This document shows positions 51,980 to 64,000 of a stretch of 64,000 nt of DNA, in pieces. The DNA lies in NCBI GenBank assembly GCA_964016885.1, contig OZ024742.1, forward strand, positions 2,480,001 through 2,544,000, in the 5' to 3' direction. Numbering within the stretch: the first letter of the stretch is position 1; the number at the start of each line of letters is the position of its first letter. Below the pieces are notes generated by a model. It made no database searches, was not told where the DNA came from, and saw nothing but the letters and a program-made list of their open reading frames with translations. This DNA is from Eledone cirrhosa (taxonomy: Eukaryota). Position numbers and translations under genes: made by a program.

Positions 51980-54469
51980 ATGATCAAAAACGTTAAGCTC
52001 AGACAGAAACACCAATGCAGCAATCCATTCTTAACGTCCCTTGATACACTAATAACTAAGATCAAGAATGACCCGCACCTCTTCGTCCCCTCCGACAAAA
52101 CCAAAAAGCTGTACAAGATGGACGCGAGTGAGTATAAAAAATTCATCTATAAGGAACTACACAAAGACTACAAAAAGACACCCTCTAGTACCCTAAATGA
52201 CATAAATAGAGTAGGGAAGGATATAGTCACCAGCTTAGAAATAGAAAAGTACACTAACCCGTGCGTCCCTCTAACGCGTAAATTCTCTGTTAAGGATCAC
52301 AAATATGACTTTAATGAAAGCCCCTCTATTAGACTTATATGCCCCTCTACATCAGATATAGGTAAGATTAGTAAAGTGATCCTTGACAGAGTACTACTCG
52401 AGCTTAATAGAAAGGCTAAGGTCTGCCTCTGGGGCAACACCGACCAGGTCATAAATTGGTTCACCGAGTTGACGGATAAAGCCACCCTGAAATTCATCCA
52501 GTTTGATATAGATAGCTACTACGCCTCTATCTCCCCCATAATCTTAAATAAGGCACTTATCTTAGCTAGATCTAACACTAGCCTCACCAAAAAAGAAATA
52601 GACATAATTCTAGCGGCACGTAGAACCATTATCCAGTTCGAAGGCTCCCACTGGACCAGAACCAACCGTCCTGATAACTTCGATGTCACGATGGGGTCCA
52701 GCGACTCAGCACAAGCAACTGACCTGGTTGGGATATACCTCCTACATAAGCTTAGGGAAGAAATACCGGCCCTACAAGGAGGTGTATATAGGGACGACGC
52801 CTTGTTTACCGTTAGGAACCATAGCCCCCGTAGGATAGAGAACCTTAACAAACATATACACAGGTTCTTTAAGTCATACGGCCTATCCGTAACTATGGAC
52901 CTCAACCACAGGGTTGTCAACTTCCTGGACGTGACCCTGGAGTTGAGTACGGGCTTATACAAGCCATACCATAAGCCTGGAGAGTGCCTCTCTTATATTA
53001 ATTATGCCTCCAACCACCCTAAGCAGACTCTCAACTCCATAATCTATAGTATCTCACATAGAATCTCGAGGCTATCCGCCAATGAGGATATCTTCAACCA
53101 AGCGGCTGATTACTACAATAGGGCCCTGATAAGCGCCGGCTTTAACCGAGGAATTTCCTACATCCCTAACGCTAGCTCTAGAAACCACCCCCCTCATAAA
53201 ACTAACGTTATAGTAAGCCATACCTATAACCGATCACGCGGCGACCTCGTTAAAGTCGGATATAATAAAATAGATAACCGCACCAAAGATCACGTCCCCG
53301 GCGACGGTGAATACTGTAGATTACTCAAACTATTCCCCTATTACAAAACCAACAAAGGCGACGGCCTACTACCAACGCCTTCCAACCAACATCTTCGTGT
53401 ACATAAACATGGGAGTGGTAGAAAGAGTGCACCCGAGCATAAAGTGAAAGGGGCACCGAACGGGCGACAGCGCATTAACACACATAAGAGCGATCACTTA
53501 GATGGAACCACCCGTAGCAAAAGTACAAGGACACGTAATCGCCACCGTAACGTCCTATGGTTCCACCCCCCCTACTCTCGAAGTGTGGCATCCAACATAC
53601 GCCGGATATTCTTCGAAGCCTTAGAGAAGAACTTCCCACCCAACCATAGGTATAGAAAAATTCTTAATAGGAACAATATAAAAATATCCTTCTCTACTAC
53701 TCCTAACCTAGCAGACATCATAGGAACAACGAACCACAGTAAGATCACCAAGACACAGCACCTCGACGCAGACGCACCTACACCTGACAATAACTGTATC
53801 GGCCTTAACAACTCCCTGACAGCATCCAATAGTGTTGGCAGCGGCATCCGCAGACGCAACCAGAATGACCGCGAAGTGACTGGGGAGCATGCAAAACATG
53901 GCGTGCGGAATAACAATCGCACCATCCCGCGTGCTGTGGGTTGTAATTGTGCTAACGACAGCTGCGGTAGCGCAGCTAACAACGTAGGCAGCAACAATGA
54001 TAGCCTTATCGTGGGAATTAGACGGAACAGCGACAGAAATTGCAACTGCCGCGACAGAGGACGGTGCCCCCTTAGAGGATACTGCTTGACCGATAGGGTT
54101 ATATATAGATGCACTATTACTAGCCACAATAGCGTTAAACATTATATAGGGGCCACCTCCGGCCCGTTCAAAATTAGGTTTCGAACACATCTCCACTCTT
54201 TCACAAATAGAAAACTAAGGCACTCCACCTCGCTCGCGGACTACATCACATCACTAAAGGACTTAAACATTAGCTTCTCCACGCACTGGGAGATTGTCGA
54301 CAGGGCTGCACCGTACAACTTCAAGAGGAAACGCGATCTTTGCCTCATGGAGCTCTACCACATCATAACTGCACCCCACGAGCTCATCAACTGCAGAGCT
54401 GAAACAGCGATAAGTTGTACACATCGCTTAAAAATATCCTTCTTTAGATGGGTTAAGAAGGAAGAGTGA
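51980..54469 (+). CDS. PLE reverse transcriptase plus C-terminal GIY-YIG endonuclease (N-terminus in another frame; Nematis-like clade is an inference)
   Basis: QFDIDSYY, FDVTMGSSDSAQATDLVG, YRDDAL, VNFLDVTL, YINYASNHP, WFHPPYS, CNCRDRGRCPLRGYC, VIYRC..HYIGAT..FKIRFRTH, LCLME. Confidence 0.9.
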   Translation: MIKNVKLRQKHQCSNPFLTSLDTLITKIKNDPHLFVPSDKTKKLYKMDASEYKKFIYKELHKDYKKTPSSTLNDINRVGKDIVTSLEIEKYTNPCVPLTRKFSVKDHKYDFNESPSIRLICPSTSDIGKISKVILDRVLLELNRKAKVCLWGNTDQVINWFTELTDKATLKFIQFDIDSYYASISPIILNKALILARSNTSLTKKEIDIILAARRTIIQFEGSHWTRTNRPDNFDVTMGSSDSAQATDLVGIYLLHKLREEIPALQGGVYRDDALFTVRNHSPRRIENLNKHIHRFFKSYGLSVTMDLNHRVVNFLDVTLELSTGLYKPYHKPGECLSYINYASNHPKQTLNSIIYSISHRISRLSANEDIFNQAADYYNRALISAGFNRGISYIPNASSRNHPPHKTNVIVSHTYNRSRGDLVKVGYNKIDNRTKDHVPGDGEYCRLLKLFPYYKTNKGDGLLPTPSNQHLRVHKHGSGRKSAPEHKVKGAPNGRQRINTHKSDHLDGTTRSKSTRTRNRHRNVLWFHPPYSRSVASNIRRIFFEALEKNFPPNHRYRKILNRNNIKISFSTTPNLADIIGTTNHSKITKTQHLDADAPTPDNNCIGLNNSLTASNSVGSGIRRRNQNDREVTGEHAKHGVRNNNRTIPRAVGCNCANDSCGSAANNVGSNNDSLIVGIRRNSDRNCNCRDRGRCPLRGYCLTDRVIYRCTITSHNSVKHYIGATSGPFKIRFRTHLHSFTNRKLRHSTSLADYITSLKDLNISFSTHWEIVDRAAPYNFKRKRDLCLMELYHIITAPHELINCRAETAISCTHRLKISFFRWVKKEE

Positions 54470-54721
54470 AATAGCACACTGGATCTCCCTGCAACAAGTC
54501 TTAACACCCCGGCGGGCAGGCGCAGCAAAATAACACCCAGAAAACGATCCCTGCATACCAAAAATTATCCGGGAAAGACTGCCCTAACACCGGCCAAAGT
54601 TACCTCCCTTGACCTGCTGCAAAATCAAAACAAGATATTTTTGCGAACAATGAATCTTTATGTGGATTTAACCCCCAAAACTCTTTCCGAGCAATATAAG
54701 GAACACTTGTGATTGTTTATG

Positions 54722-54758
54722 CCCTTGAGAAGCCCAACTGGGCGAAACGTACGTAGGT
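54722..54758 (+). ncRNA. Minimal hammerhead variant with U3-A8 core
   Basis: TTGAGAA-GCCC-AACT-GGGC-GAAA-CGTACG-TA; palindromic stem III; stem I only ~2 bp. Confidence 0.65.
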
Positions 54759-55043
54759 GATATTTTCAATAAACATGTTTTAACGGTCTATTCTCCGATT
54801 TTTCACTTTCCCACGTATATATATATATATATGTAAGTATATACACGCATGTGACTTTTTTGTTTATTCTTTTTGTTTTTTCCTCTTCTCACTCTTTATT
54901 TTTCTATTTTATCTTTTATTTCTAATTCTATATATTTTATGAAAAACTTCTGTGCGAAATATTAAGACATCTTCCTGTTGTTTTAAGCGTTAAACTAATA
55001 TATTTCTTCAATGTACTGTGTCGTTAGGTTTGTAATTTCTGTT

Positions 55044-55140
<97 letters not shown>

Positions 55141-55202
55141 TCTTTTACTTTTCTTTTACCTGTTCCAGTCATCCGGCTGAGGCAATGCTGGGACCCCGCC
55201 CT

Positions 55203-55275
<73 letters not shown>

Positions 55276-55634
55276 GGGTGCACGGACAAGCAAATTGGCC
55301 AATTACCGATTAAAGGTTCATGAATTATAGACCGATACCGATTAATCAACCGGCAGTAATCGTATTATGCTTAAATGCAGGTGAAATTCAATAGTTTATC
55401 ATCATTATAGAGTTTCTATTTGAAGAGAATTAACCTATTTTTACCACATTGGCCATTGTGTCATTCAATACGACATCCTTCTATATACAACATGTCACAC
55501 ATTCTGTACCCATGAGAAACTAAAATTGAATCTTACAGAAGAAATATTACAGAAACATGTTTTGTGTGGAACAGCTAAGACAATATGAAAGGTGTTGGAT
55601 ATAAAGTGAAAAGAAGGAAACAACATCATGGTAA

Positions 55635-56411
55635 CTAAGACTAGTGGATGTGGTCCAGTGGATTAAACAGGGATTAAGACCACTGGATGTGGTCCACTGG
55701 ACAAAACCAGGGATTAAGACCACTGGATGTGGTCCAGTGCACTAAACCAGGGATTATGACTACTGGATGTGATCCAGTGCACTAAACCAGGGATTAAGAC
55801 CACTGGATGTGGTCCACTGGACTAAACCAGGGATTAAGACCCCTAGATGTGGTCCATTGGCCTAAACTAGGGATTAAGATCACTGGATGTGGTCCACTAG
55901 ACTAAAACAGGGATTAAGACCACTGGATGTGGTCCAGTGACTAAACCAGGGATTAAGACATCTGGATGTGGTCCACTGGATGTGGTCCACTGGACTAAAC
56001 CAGGGATTAAGACCCCTAGATGTGGTCCACTGGCCTAAACTAGGGATTAAGATCACTGGATGTGGTCCACTAGACTAAAACAGGGATTAAGACCACTGGA
56101 TGTGGTCCAGTGACTAAACCAGGGATTAAGACCACTGGATGTGGTCCACTGGACTAAACCAGGGATTAAGACCCCTAGATGTGGTCCACTGGCCTAAACT
56201 AGGGATTAAGATCACTGGATGTGGTCCACTAGACTAAAACAGGGATTAAGACCACTGGATGTGGTCCAGTGACTAAACCAGGGATTAAGACCACTGGATG
56301 TGGTCCACTGGACTAAACCAGGGATTAAGACCACTGGATATGGTCCACTGGACTAAAACAGGGATTAAGACCACTGGATGTGGTCCAGTGGACTAAACCA
56401 GGTATTAAGAT
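55635..56411 (+). repeat. 40-bp minisatellite, ~19 units, with a ~159-bp higher-order block
   Basis: Unit CCACTGGATGTGGTCCACTGGACTAAACCAGGGATTAAGA; variants CCCCTAG and TCACTGG recur in fixed order three times. Confidence 0.95.
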
Positions 56412-56430
56412 CAATCCTGAGGGAGGACAA

Positions 56431-56627
56431 AATAATAATAATAATAATTGTTTCTACTTTAGGCACAAGGCCAGCAATTACCCAGTGCATTACTGGTACT
56501 TTATTTTATCGACCCCGTAAGGATGAAAGGCAAAGTAAACCTCGGCGGGATTTGAACTCAGACCGTAAAGGGACATAACTATGCTGGAAAGCATGGCGTC
56601 CGACTCTCTACCGATACTGCCAATCCT
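56431..56627 (-). mobile_element. tRNA-derived SINE with (ATT)n tail
   Basis: Reverse complement of the SINE consensus: B-box GAGTTCAAATCC and core GCCTTTCATCCTTACGGGGTCG. Confidence 0.9.
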
Positions 56628-56768
56628 AATAATAATGGTCGATTATCAAAACCGGCAAATTGAGAGATATGGCCAATTCCATTTATTTGCCGATTATTCG
56701 ATGCAGCCAGCCCTTATAGAATTGTTGAACACAACAAGCCGAAACCACTTGGCGTCGTGGTCGGGATT

Positions 56769-56859
<91 letters not shown>

Positions 56860-56929
56860 AACGCACATTCATACACACATACATACATACACATACATAC
56901 ATTCATGCATACATACATACATACATACA

Positions 56930-56962
<33 letters not shown>

Positions 56963-57215
56963 TCATACATACATACATACAAACATACATTCATGCATAC
57001 ACATACTTCTTTAGCAGTGATAATTAAAGTATTATAAGCGAAGTAATTATAAAAATACATATTGAAAATAAGCAGTTTCCTAATTATTTGGAGTGTGCTG
57101 ACGTAGCAATATATTTCTGTGACGTGGTATATCTATATATGGAGGTTAATGAACGAAAGGGAATATTCTACTGATTGTTTCACACGATTGCTTCAACAAA
57201 TATTTCTAACACACG

Positions 57216-57402
57216 TGGATTGGCATATCGGTAGAGGGTCGGACGACATGCTTGAAACATAGAGTTACCTCCCTTTATGATCTGAGTTCAAATTCCGCCG
57301 AGGTTAACTTTGCCTTTCATCCTTACGGGGTCGATGAAATAAAGTACCAGTAATGCACTGGGATAATTGCTGGCCTTGTGCCAAAAGTAGAAACAATTAT
57401 AT
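57216..57402 (+). mobile_element. tRNA-derived SINE
   Basis: TGGC..ATCGGTAGAG A-box-like; GAGTTCAAATTCC B-box; core GCCTTTCATCCTTACGGGGTCGATGAAATAAAGTACCAG. Confidence 0.9.
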
Positions 57403-57423
57403 TTCTCACGTCATCCTCTCCTC

Positions 57424-57476
<53 letters not shown>

Positions 57477-57664
57477 GAAAAGGTTCAGGACCCAGACGGC
57501 AGAGTTCAAGCCATCGAAACGGTTTGAAGCCTGCCGTCGAGGTCCTGAACCTTTTCCTATTACCCACTCTACTACCCAAAGTATCGAGTACTCTGGTGCG
57601 TTATGGTCCACCTGGTTCCGTACCACACTTCTTCGTGTGTGTGAATCTATGTATATATACATAG

Positions 57665-57733
<69 letters not shown>

Positions 57734-57939
57734 GGAGAAAACGAGGTTTCACGAGGTCTTTTTGATTATGCACATTTACGACTGTTTCACAGATTGGTGA
57801 CCCAGGTTATTTTTTTTTAACCCGGAGGAGACAATCTTCTTTACAGGTTTGAGTACAGCAGGTTTATTCCAGAGAAAGACAGAGAGTGAGAGAATGGAAG
57901 TAAGAAAGAGATATAGAGTAAGAATGGAGCCAAGGTCTT

Positions 57940-58055
57940 TTTTTTTTCGATCTTGAATAGATGAAAAGCAAAGTTGACCTCGTTGGGATTTGCAATCAGA
58001 GGGCCGAAACAAATACCCCAAAGCGTTCTATCCAACATTCTAATGACTGCCGCCT
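57940..58055 (-). mobile_element. Diverged SINE fragment
   Basis: GATGAAAAGCAAAGTTGACCTCGTTGGGATTTG resembles the reverse SINE core. Confidence 0.55.
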
Positions 58056-58513
58056 TCCTAGCTCTATACGGACGTATAAATTGATTAAATATATAATAAC
58101 TAAATAAATGATAATATATAAGTAGGTTGTTCCATTGATCGAACAGCCGAAACATTGAAACCGATGTATGTCTATACCACATATAGAAGACATATTTTTT
58201 AAGAAGCTAACATATAACTGTTCTATAGATTACTACTTACATGCAGCTGTAGTGTCATAATTTGAGACAATTGCTTGACCTCAAATGACCACAATGGGAC
58301 AATTTATAGATTAAATCTCAATAGCGTTTTGCATGTCCATATTTTACTCGTAGATAAAATGGTGTAGCTGTAGCTAACGAGATTTATGACTGGGTTAACC
58401 GACTGCTCATCATTTGAGACAGGTTTCTCTCACTCTCGCTTTCTTGCTCGCTCAGTATGTAACTATATAACCTTCTCTCTTTCTCTCTCTGTATATATAT
58501 ATACAAACAAATT

Positions 58514-58596
<83 letters not shown>

Positions 58597-59150
58597 ATAT
58601 ACATATACACTTATAAATACATTGATACATACAGGTATATATGAATGGTCTCACATTTAAATAGACGTACATATACACAAACAAAACACTTATCTAGCTA
58701 TTTATCTATCTCTTGCTTTCTCGGTACCCCCCCGCTCCCCACACACACATACACACACATCCCACACACATACACACACATCCCCCCACACTACACACAT
58801 ATCCCCCCACACATATGCACACATCCCTCCACACATACACCCCACACACATCACACACATCTCCCCTACACATACACACACATTCCCTCACACATATATA
58901 TATAGGTGAATGAATGAATATGTGCATGCCGAGATTATAAATAGAAGTCCATCACGCCCACCTTGCAGTATATACAATGTGTGTTGATCTTATATATATA
59001 TATATATATATACATACATATATACATATATAAATATATACAAATATAGATATATATAGTAATAATAATAAATTTAAAGACTAAAATCCAAAGAGGGCTC
59101 GATAAGGGTAAATATTTATCAAATATGTAAGAACCGCATAGCAAATATTT

Positions 59151-60874
59151 ATTAAAATAACAGATTAAAGTTTAAGCAAAGAATCGCTGCTTTCACCCTT
59201 AACGGGATCTTCTGAAACTAACGAAGTCAATCTGTGAACGCAGAAGTCAATATTTCAAAAAAACGTTGCAACCGGAGGAAGACAGGAAGACGATACTTTG
59301 GTTCGTGGAAACGTTCCCAGGCAAAGAACGGGAAAAAACGAATATAATACCTCTATCTACTAACGAGCATATTTTCAACGACCATTCCACGTATTACAAT
59401 GAAGCTCTTCCTCGGAGTGGATTTGTCGATAAGGAAGCAAATACAGAGTACGAGAATAGACCTAGAAGAAATAGATCCCGACGCATTATATGGTATAACC
59501 CACCATATAATATGGAGGTGGCCACACCATTAGCTAAGATCTTTCTCCCTTATTATGAAGCATTTTCCCCCTCCACATAAACATAGTAACATTTATAATA
59601 GAAATACTATTAAAATTTCTTACTCTACGACTCCTGGCCTTGCACATAACATCACAGCTTCAAATTTAGCTAAACTAGCTAGCCGTAGGAACACGTGCAA
59701 CCCTGTAGTTAGTACTAACTGTAATTGTAGGAATCGGGTTGACTCCGGGAAATGCCTCTCTAGTAACATTGTCTACAAATGTAAGGTTGAAACACCCACG
59801 TCCCATAGGGCCTACATAGGGTTAACCGCCAATAGATTCAAGCAGCGTCTTTACATGCATACCCATTCTTTTCGGTACCCTTGAAAAAGGAATATGACGT
59901 CACTTTCAGCTTATATCTGGAGTCTAAAAGACAACCACACCCAATATAAGTTACACTGGGAGATCCTAGCTAGGGCTAGATCGTATAACGGAAATAAAAG
60001 ACCATGTGACCTCTGCGCCGCTGTGGCCCTGGAAATACTCTACGCCAATGACCATATCTTAAACAAAAAATCTGAGGCAATTTCGGCTTGTAAACATAAA
60101 TTGCATAAAACTTTCCTGTATTACAGCCCCACATTATACCCTAACGGATAGTACGAACTATACGCGGATATTTTACGTCTTAATGTGGTAGCTAAGTATA
60201 TGTTATGTTTATACCATAACTTATTTGTATAGGTAAGTAAATATTACCTGTATGTTTTGTGAAGGACGTATACTTTCTCGTACGTATACTTGATTGTATA
60301 TGTTATGGCGTATATATTATATATTCTGGTACATATGCTTTTGTGTATGTATTTGGATGCGTGTATGTATTTATTTAATTTCAATTATGTCTGTATTTTA
60401 TTTACTTTATTCTTAACTCTAATGCCGAGAATCATGCGGTTTCCTTATTAGAATTTTAGTCTATGACTTCGGTTATACCATTTACGTGGTTTTGTCTTTG
60501 CGTGCAATTGTTATTTACGCTCCACATAATGACGTATTATCTTCGTTTTTTCCGTTCATTGCCAGAGAACATCTCTATGAACCACCTAATAGAATATTAA
60601 TGTACGACTTCTTTTATACCATAAACGTGGTTTTGTCTTTGCGTGTAATTGTTTTTCACCGCTCCAAATAATGACGTATTATATTCGTTTTTTCCCGTTC
60701 TTTGCCAGGGAACGTTTCCACGAACCAAAGTATCGTCTTCCTGTCTTCCTCCGGTTGCAACGTTTTTTGTAATATTCACTTCTGCGTTCACAGATTGACT
60801 TTGTTAGTTTCAGAAGATCCCGTTAAGGGTAAAAGCAGCGATTCTTTGCTTAAACTTTAATCTGTTATTTTAAT
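59151..60874 (+). mobile_element. 5'-truncated Penelope-like element with a ~200-bp inverted terminal copy
   Basis: IIWYNPPY, CNCRNRV..C, VYKC..AYIGLTANRFKQR, CDLC; 59151-59350 is inverted at ~60676-60874; ~140-bp tandem duplication in the UTR (60466-60730). Confidence 0.9.
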
Positions 60875-61052
60875 TAATATATATATATATACAATACATA
60901 AACAGAGAAAGCCTTAAGCGATACTCTGACCAACTCCATCTCACTCAACAAACATTAGGATATACCTAAGTATTATCCCAATTTAGTGTTTGGGTGCTAA
61001 CTAATCAGTATTTCGTGGATAGCTGGTTGTATTATTTTATATGAGACATTAT

Positions 61053-61228
<176 letters not shown>

Positions 61229-61269
61229 GGAAAAATTTGAACAGGAACAAAACAGAGAGGCAGTACAAC

Positions 61270-64000
61270 GAATGTTTATTAATTTCACGCTCTGGAGAGT
61301 GGGGTGGTGGTGGGGAACGACGTTTCGGGCATAATCCCTTCTTCAGGTGAGAAGTGTGTGGGAACAGAGTTCAAAGGGTGTGTAGGGGAGTGGTGGAGAG
61401 ACATATAGCGAAAGGAAACGGTGCGAATGAAATTAAAAATAAAAATAAAAATAAAGCATGATCAAAATAAAAGGAATGAAATAAAAATAAATATAAAAGC
61501 ATGATCAAAATAAACTGAAATTAAAAAGGGGTAAAACAGGTGGTGGAAGGGTGTGGGGTGGGGGTGGGGGTGGCAGGTGGAGTGGGGAGAGGGAGACGGG
61601 GTGTCCGAGCGGGGAGGGCTGAAGGTGGTTTGTGTGTGTAGGTGTACGTGTGTGTGTGTGTGTGTGTATGTGAAAGTAAGGGTTGGGGGAAGAACGGGGT
61701 TGCATGTTCAGGAAGAGGTGTGTGTGTGTGGGGGGCGGGTGCAGGTCGGAGTGTCTGTGCATGTGTGGATAGAGGGGTGGGGGGAGAGGAATCAGGAGGC
61801 TGAGGGTGTAAATATGTGGTGGAAAGCACGTGTGTGTGGGGTTTAAGTGTGTTGAGGGTGTAGGTGGCGTGTCGGAGAAAAACATTTTTTTGGGTGTGTG
61901 TGTGGGTGAGTTATATAGGTGATTCCGTAAGAGGATGGTTGAAATGTTGGTAAATTCCTATGATGTTTAGTAGATTCCGTGGTGGTCAAGTTCCACATAC
62001 GAGTATTCCATGAAGAGATGGTCGGAAGAGGAGAGATGTGGGGAGCGCGCGCAACAGGAAGTGGTCAAGCGGTGGGAGTGCTGTGTGTCTGTTTGTGCTG
62101 GGAGGTGGTCAGGGGGCATAGCAGCAGTCGGGTGGAATGGTAAAGGGGCGAGGATGGGTAGGTGTGAAAGTTGGAGTGAGGAGGGTGTGTGTGTGTATTA
62201 GTAGAGGTGTTAGTGGGATGAGTGAGTGTGGAGCGAGGGTGTGGGTGGAGCGGGGAGAGAAGGGTGTGTGTAGTTCTATGGAGGGAGTGCGGTGTACTGG
62301 TGTGTGTGTAGTTTGATGAAGGGGGTGTTAGTGGGTGTTAGTATACGGGAGGTGGGGAAAGGGTTGAATGCAGGTGTGAGTGGGGGTTAGTGGTGGTAGG
62401 GTGTGTAGAGTTGGTGGTGTACGAGGGTGTGTGGGTACGTGTGCGTGGGGTTGGGGGGTGTTAGTGATGTTAGTTGCGTGTGGGGTGGGTGGTGTAAGTG
62501 GATGCGTGTGTTCGTGTGCTTGGGGTCAGGGGGTGTTAGTGAGGTTAGTTGTGGGGTGGTGGGATAGAGGTGTGGGGGTGAGGGTTAGTGGTGGTAGTAG
62601 GGTGTGTGTTTAGTGTGAGCGCGTGTATATATGTGCCGGTGGGTGTGTGAGTGTGATAAGGAGGGGGGCAGGAGAAGAAGGGAGAGATGTTAGTATGTTA
62701 GTTGGGGAAGGGTGGTCGGATGAGGGTGGAGTGGAGTTGTTAGTATTGTTAGTTGTGGGGTGGGCGGTGAAAAGGAGGGGTGTGTTAGTGGTGTTAGTGG
62801 GGGATAAGTGTGGGGGAGGGGGGCGGTCGAAGGCTAAAGGAATAAGGGTGGGGAGTTCAGGCCGGGGGAGTGTGGGTCTGTAAGATGAAGATAGTTCTTT
62901 GTTCGACTCTAAGGCGATTGGCGGGTGTTTCGTGGCATTGGAGTAGGCCACAGACTGTGAGATGGCGTGCGGAATGTCCAGGGCCACCAAAGTGGCGGGC
63001 GATGGGGAACTACCACCGAGACGAATATCCCGGAGGTGCTCAGTGAATCGGTCCGCCAGGCGACGTCCCGTCTGTCCGACATAAGTCCGTAGACTAGGTT
63101 GGAGGAGGTGCAGCGGAAGGCATGCCGGACAGAGAGAGAGTGGCCGTTGGGACCCTGGAAGGTGGTGGTGTTGGTGATGTGGGGACAGGTGTTGCAGCGG
63201 GGCCTAGAACAGGGAAAGGAACCGGAGGGGGGGAACAGAGCGTGGGTTGGAGGGTAGGGAGCTGTGGACGAGGAGGGTGCGGAGATTGCGTGCGCGTTTG
63301 AAGGAGGGAGTCGTGGGGTTGGGAAGATGTGGGCGGTGGAGGGGTCGGACTGGAGGCGTCGGAAGAGGCGGTGGATGGTGCGGTGGAGGGGTAAGGTGGA
63401 GGGGTGGTAGGTGATGGGAAAGGGGAGACGGTGGGTGGGTGTGCGGTGGCGTGGGGTGAGGGTGGTGGATGGGTGGACAGCCCGGGCGCGGGTGAGAGCG
63501 GTGTGGACGAGAGAGGGGGGTAACCTCTGCGGATGAAATGACTGACTAGGGAAAGGGCCTGGGACTCGATGTCAGCATCTCGGCTACAGAGGCGGCGGAT
63601 CCTGAGGAGTTGGGAGTAGGGAATGGAGTGTTTAGTGTGGGTGGGGTGGGAAGAGGTGAAGTCGAGGTAAGAGTGGGAGTCGGTGAAGAAGGCGGAGGTG
63701 ACGAGGGAGTGGTGGGAGGGGTCGAAGGCGACGGAGATGTCTAAGAAGTGGACGTGGGTGGTGGAGATAGAGGTGGTGAAGTGGAGGGAGGGGTGGAAGG
63801 AGCAGAAGAAGGAGAGAAAGGAGTCGAGCTGTTCTCGGGTGAGGGTCGTGGCTCCGATACAGTCGTCAATGTAACGACCGTACAGTTCGGGCGTGGGGCC
63901 GGTGTACTGGGCAAAGATTTGGGCCTCAACATGGCCAACAAAAAGGTTGGCATAGTTCGGGCCCATTCTTGTACCCATGGCTACCCCCGTGACCTGTTGG
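61270..64000 (-). mobile_element. Neptune-like Penelope element running off the right edge of the window
   Basis: MGTRMGPNYANLFVG, YGRYIDDCIG, HFLDI, YLDFTSSHP, IPYSQLLRIRRLCS; frameshifted PCSRPRCNTCPH knuckle and YVGQTGRRLADRFTEH (GIY-YIG); C-rich UTR; terminal HHR. Confidence 0.9.
61315..61350 (-). ncRNA. Minimal hammerhead motif in the pLTR of the Neptune-like element
   Basis: Minus strand CTGAAGA-A-GGG-ATTATG-CCC-GAAA-CG-TC. Confidence 0.7.

Larger units (their letters stand above)
51792..54815 (+). mobile_element. Young Penelope-like element inserted in (TA)n, nearly intact
   Basis: Upstream frame IPLPSRKTYLKLLIDATNSFIRRVRWKAY, one frameshift near 51980, 829-aa ORF, 3' HHR variant, (TA)n on both flanks. 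Confidence 0.93.
55273..56716. mobile_element. Possible old hAT-like non-autonomous element hosting the minisatellite and a SINE
   Basis: Degenerate ends ATGGGTGCACGG.. and ..CGATGCAGCCAGCCCTTA with CCGATT/AATTGGCC subterminal motifs; no clear TSD. Confidence 0.3.

Noticed and set aside
52297-54196. Antisense ORFs overlapping the PLE ORF
   Set aside because: Shadow frames of a long coding sequence with no recognisable domains
57216-57300. tRNA gene
   Set aside because: A- and B-box-like motifs belong to the SINE head; no cloverleaf can be formed
60795-60845. HHR-like CAGAAGA..CCC/GGG..(G/A)AAA in the pLTR of the 59-61 kb element
   Set aside because: U4 is substituted and no UH cleavage site or stem I is evident, so it is not called as a ribozyme

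Overview
AT-rich, microsatellite-dense eukaryotic DNA made almost entirely of repeats; no host protein-coding gene is evident. The repeat spectrum (tRNA-derived SINE with a GCCTTTCATCC..GGGGTCGATAAAATAAAGTACCAG core, R4/Dong LINEs, many Penelope-like elements, abundant (TA)n/(CATA)n) suggests a cephalopod such as Octopus, which is an inference. Layout: 1-9487 is a ~99-bp satellite whose unit looks like a miniature Tc1/mariner element separated by (TA)n. 9.5-15.7 kb is a possible Helitron with nested fragments. 22-31.5 kb holds R4/Dong retrotransposons whose 3' ends abut (CATA)n, plus RTE-derived elements. 32-64 kb holds at least seven Penelope-like elements (PLEs), including an 829-aa RT+GIY-YIG ORF, most with an inverted copy of their own 3' end. 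The most notable hidden layer is more than a dozen minimal hammerhead ribozyme (HHR) motifs, found by eye. They include a 456-bp tandem array with one HHR per unit (retrozyme-like) and a dispersed ~210-bp non-coding element carrying a compensated U3-A8 core variant. All folds and family assignments are manual; no searches were run.
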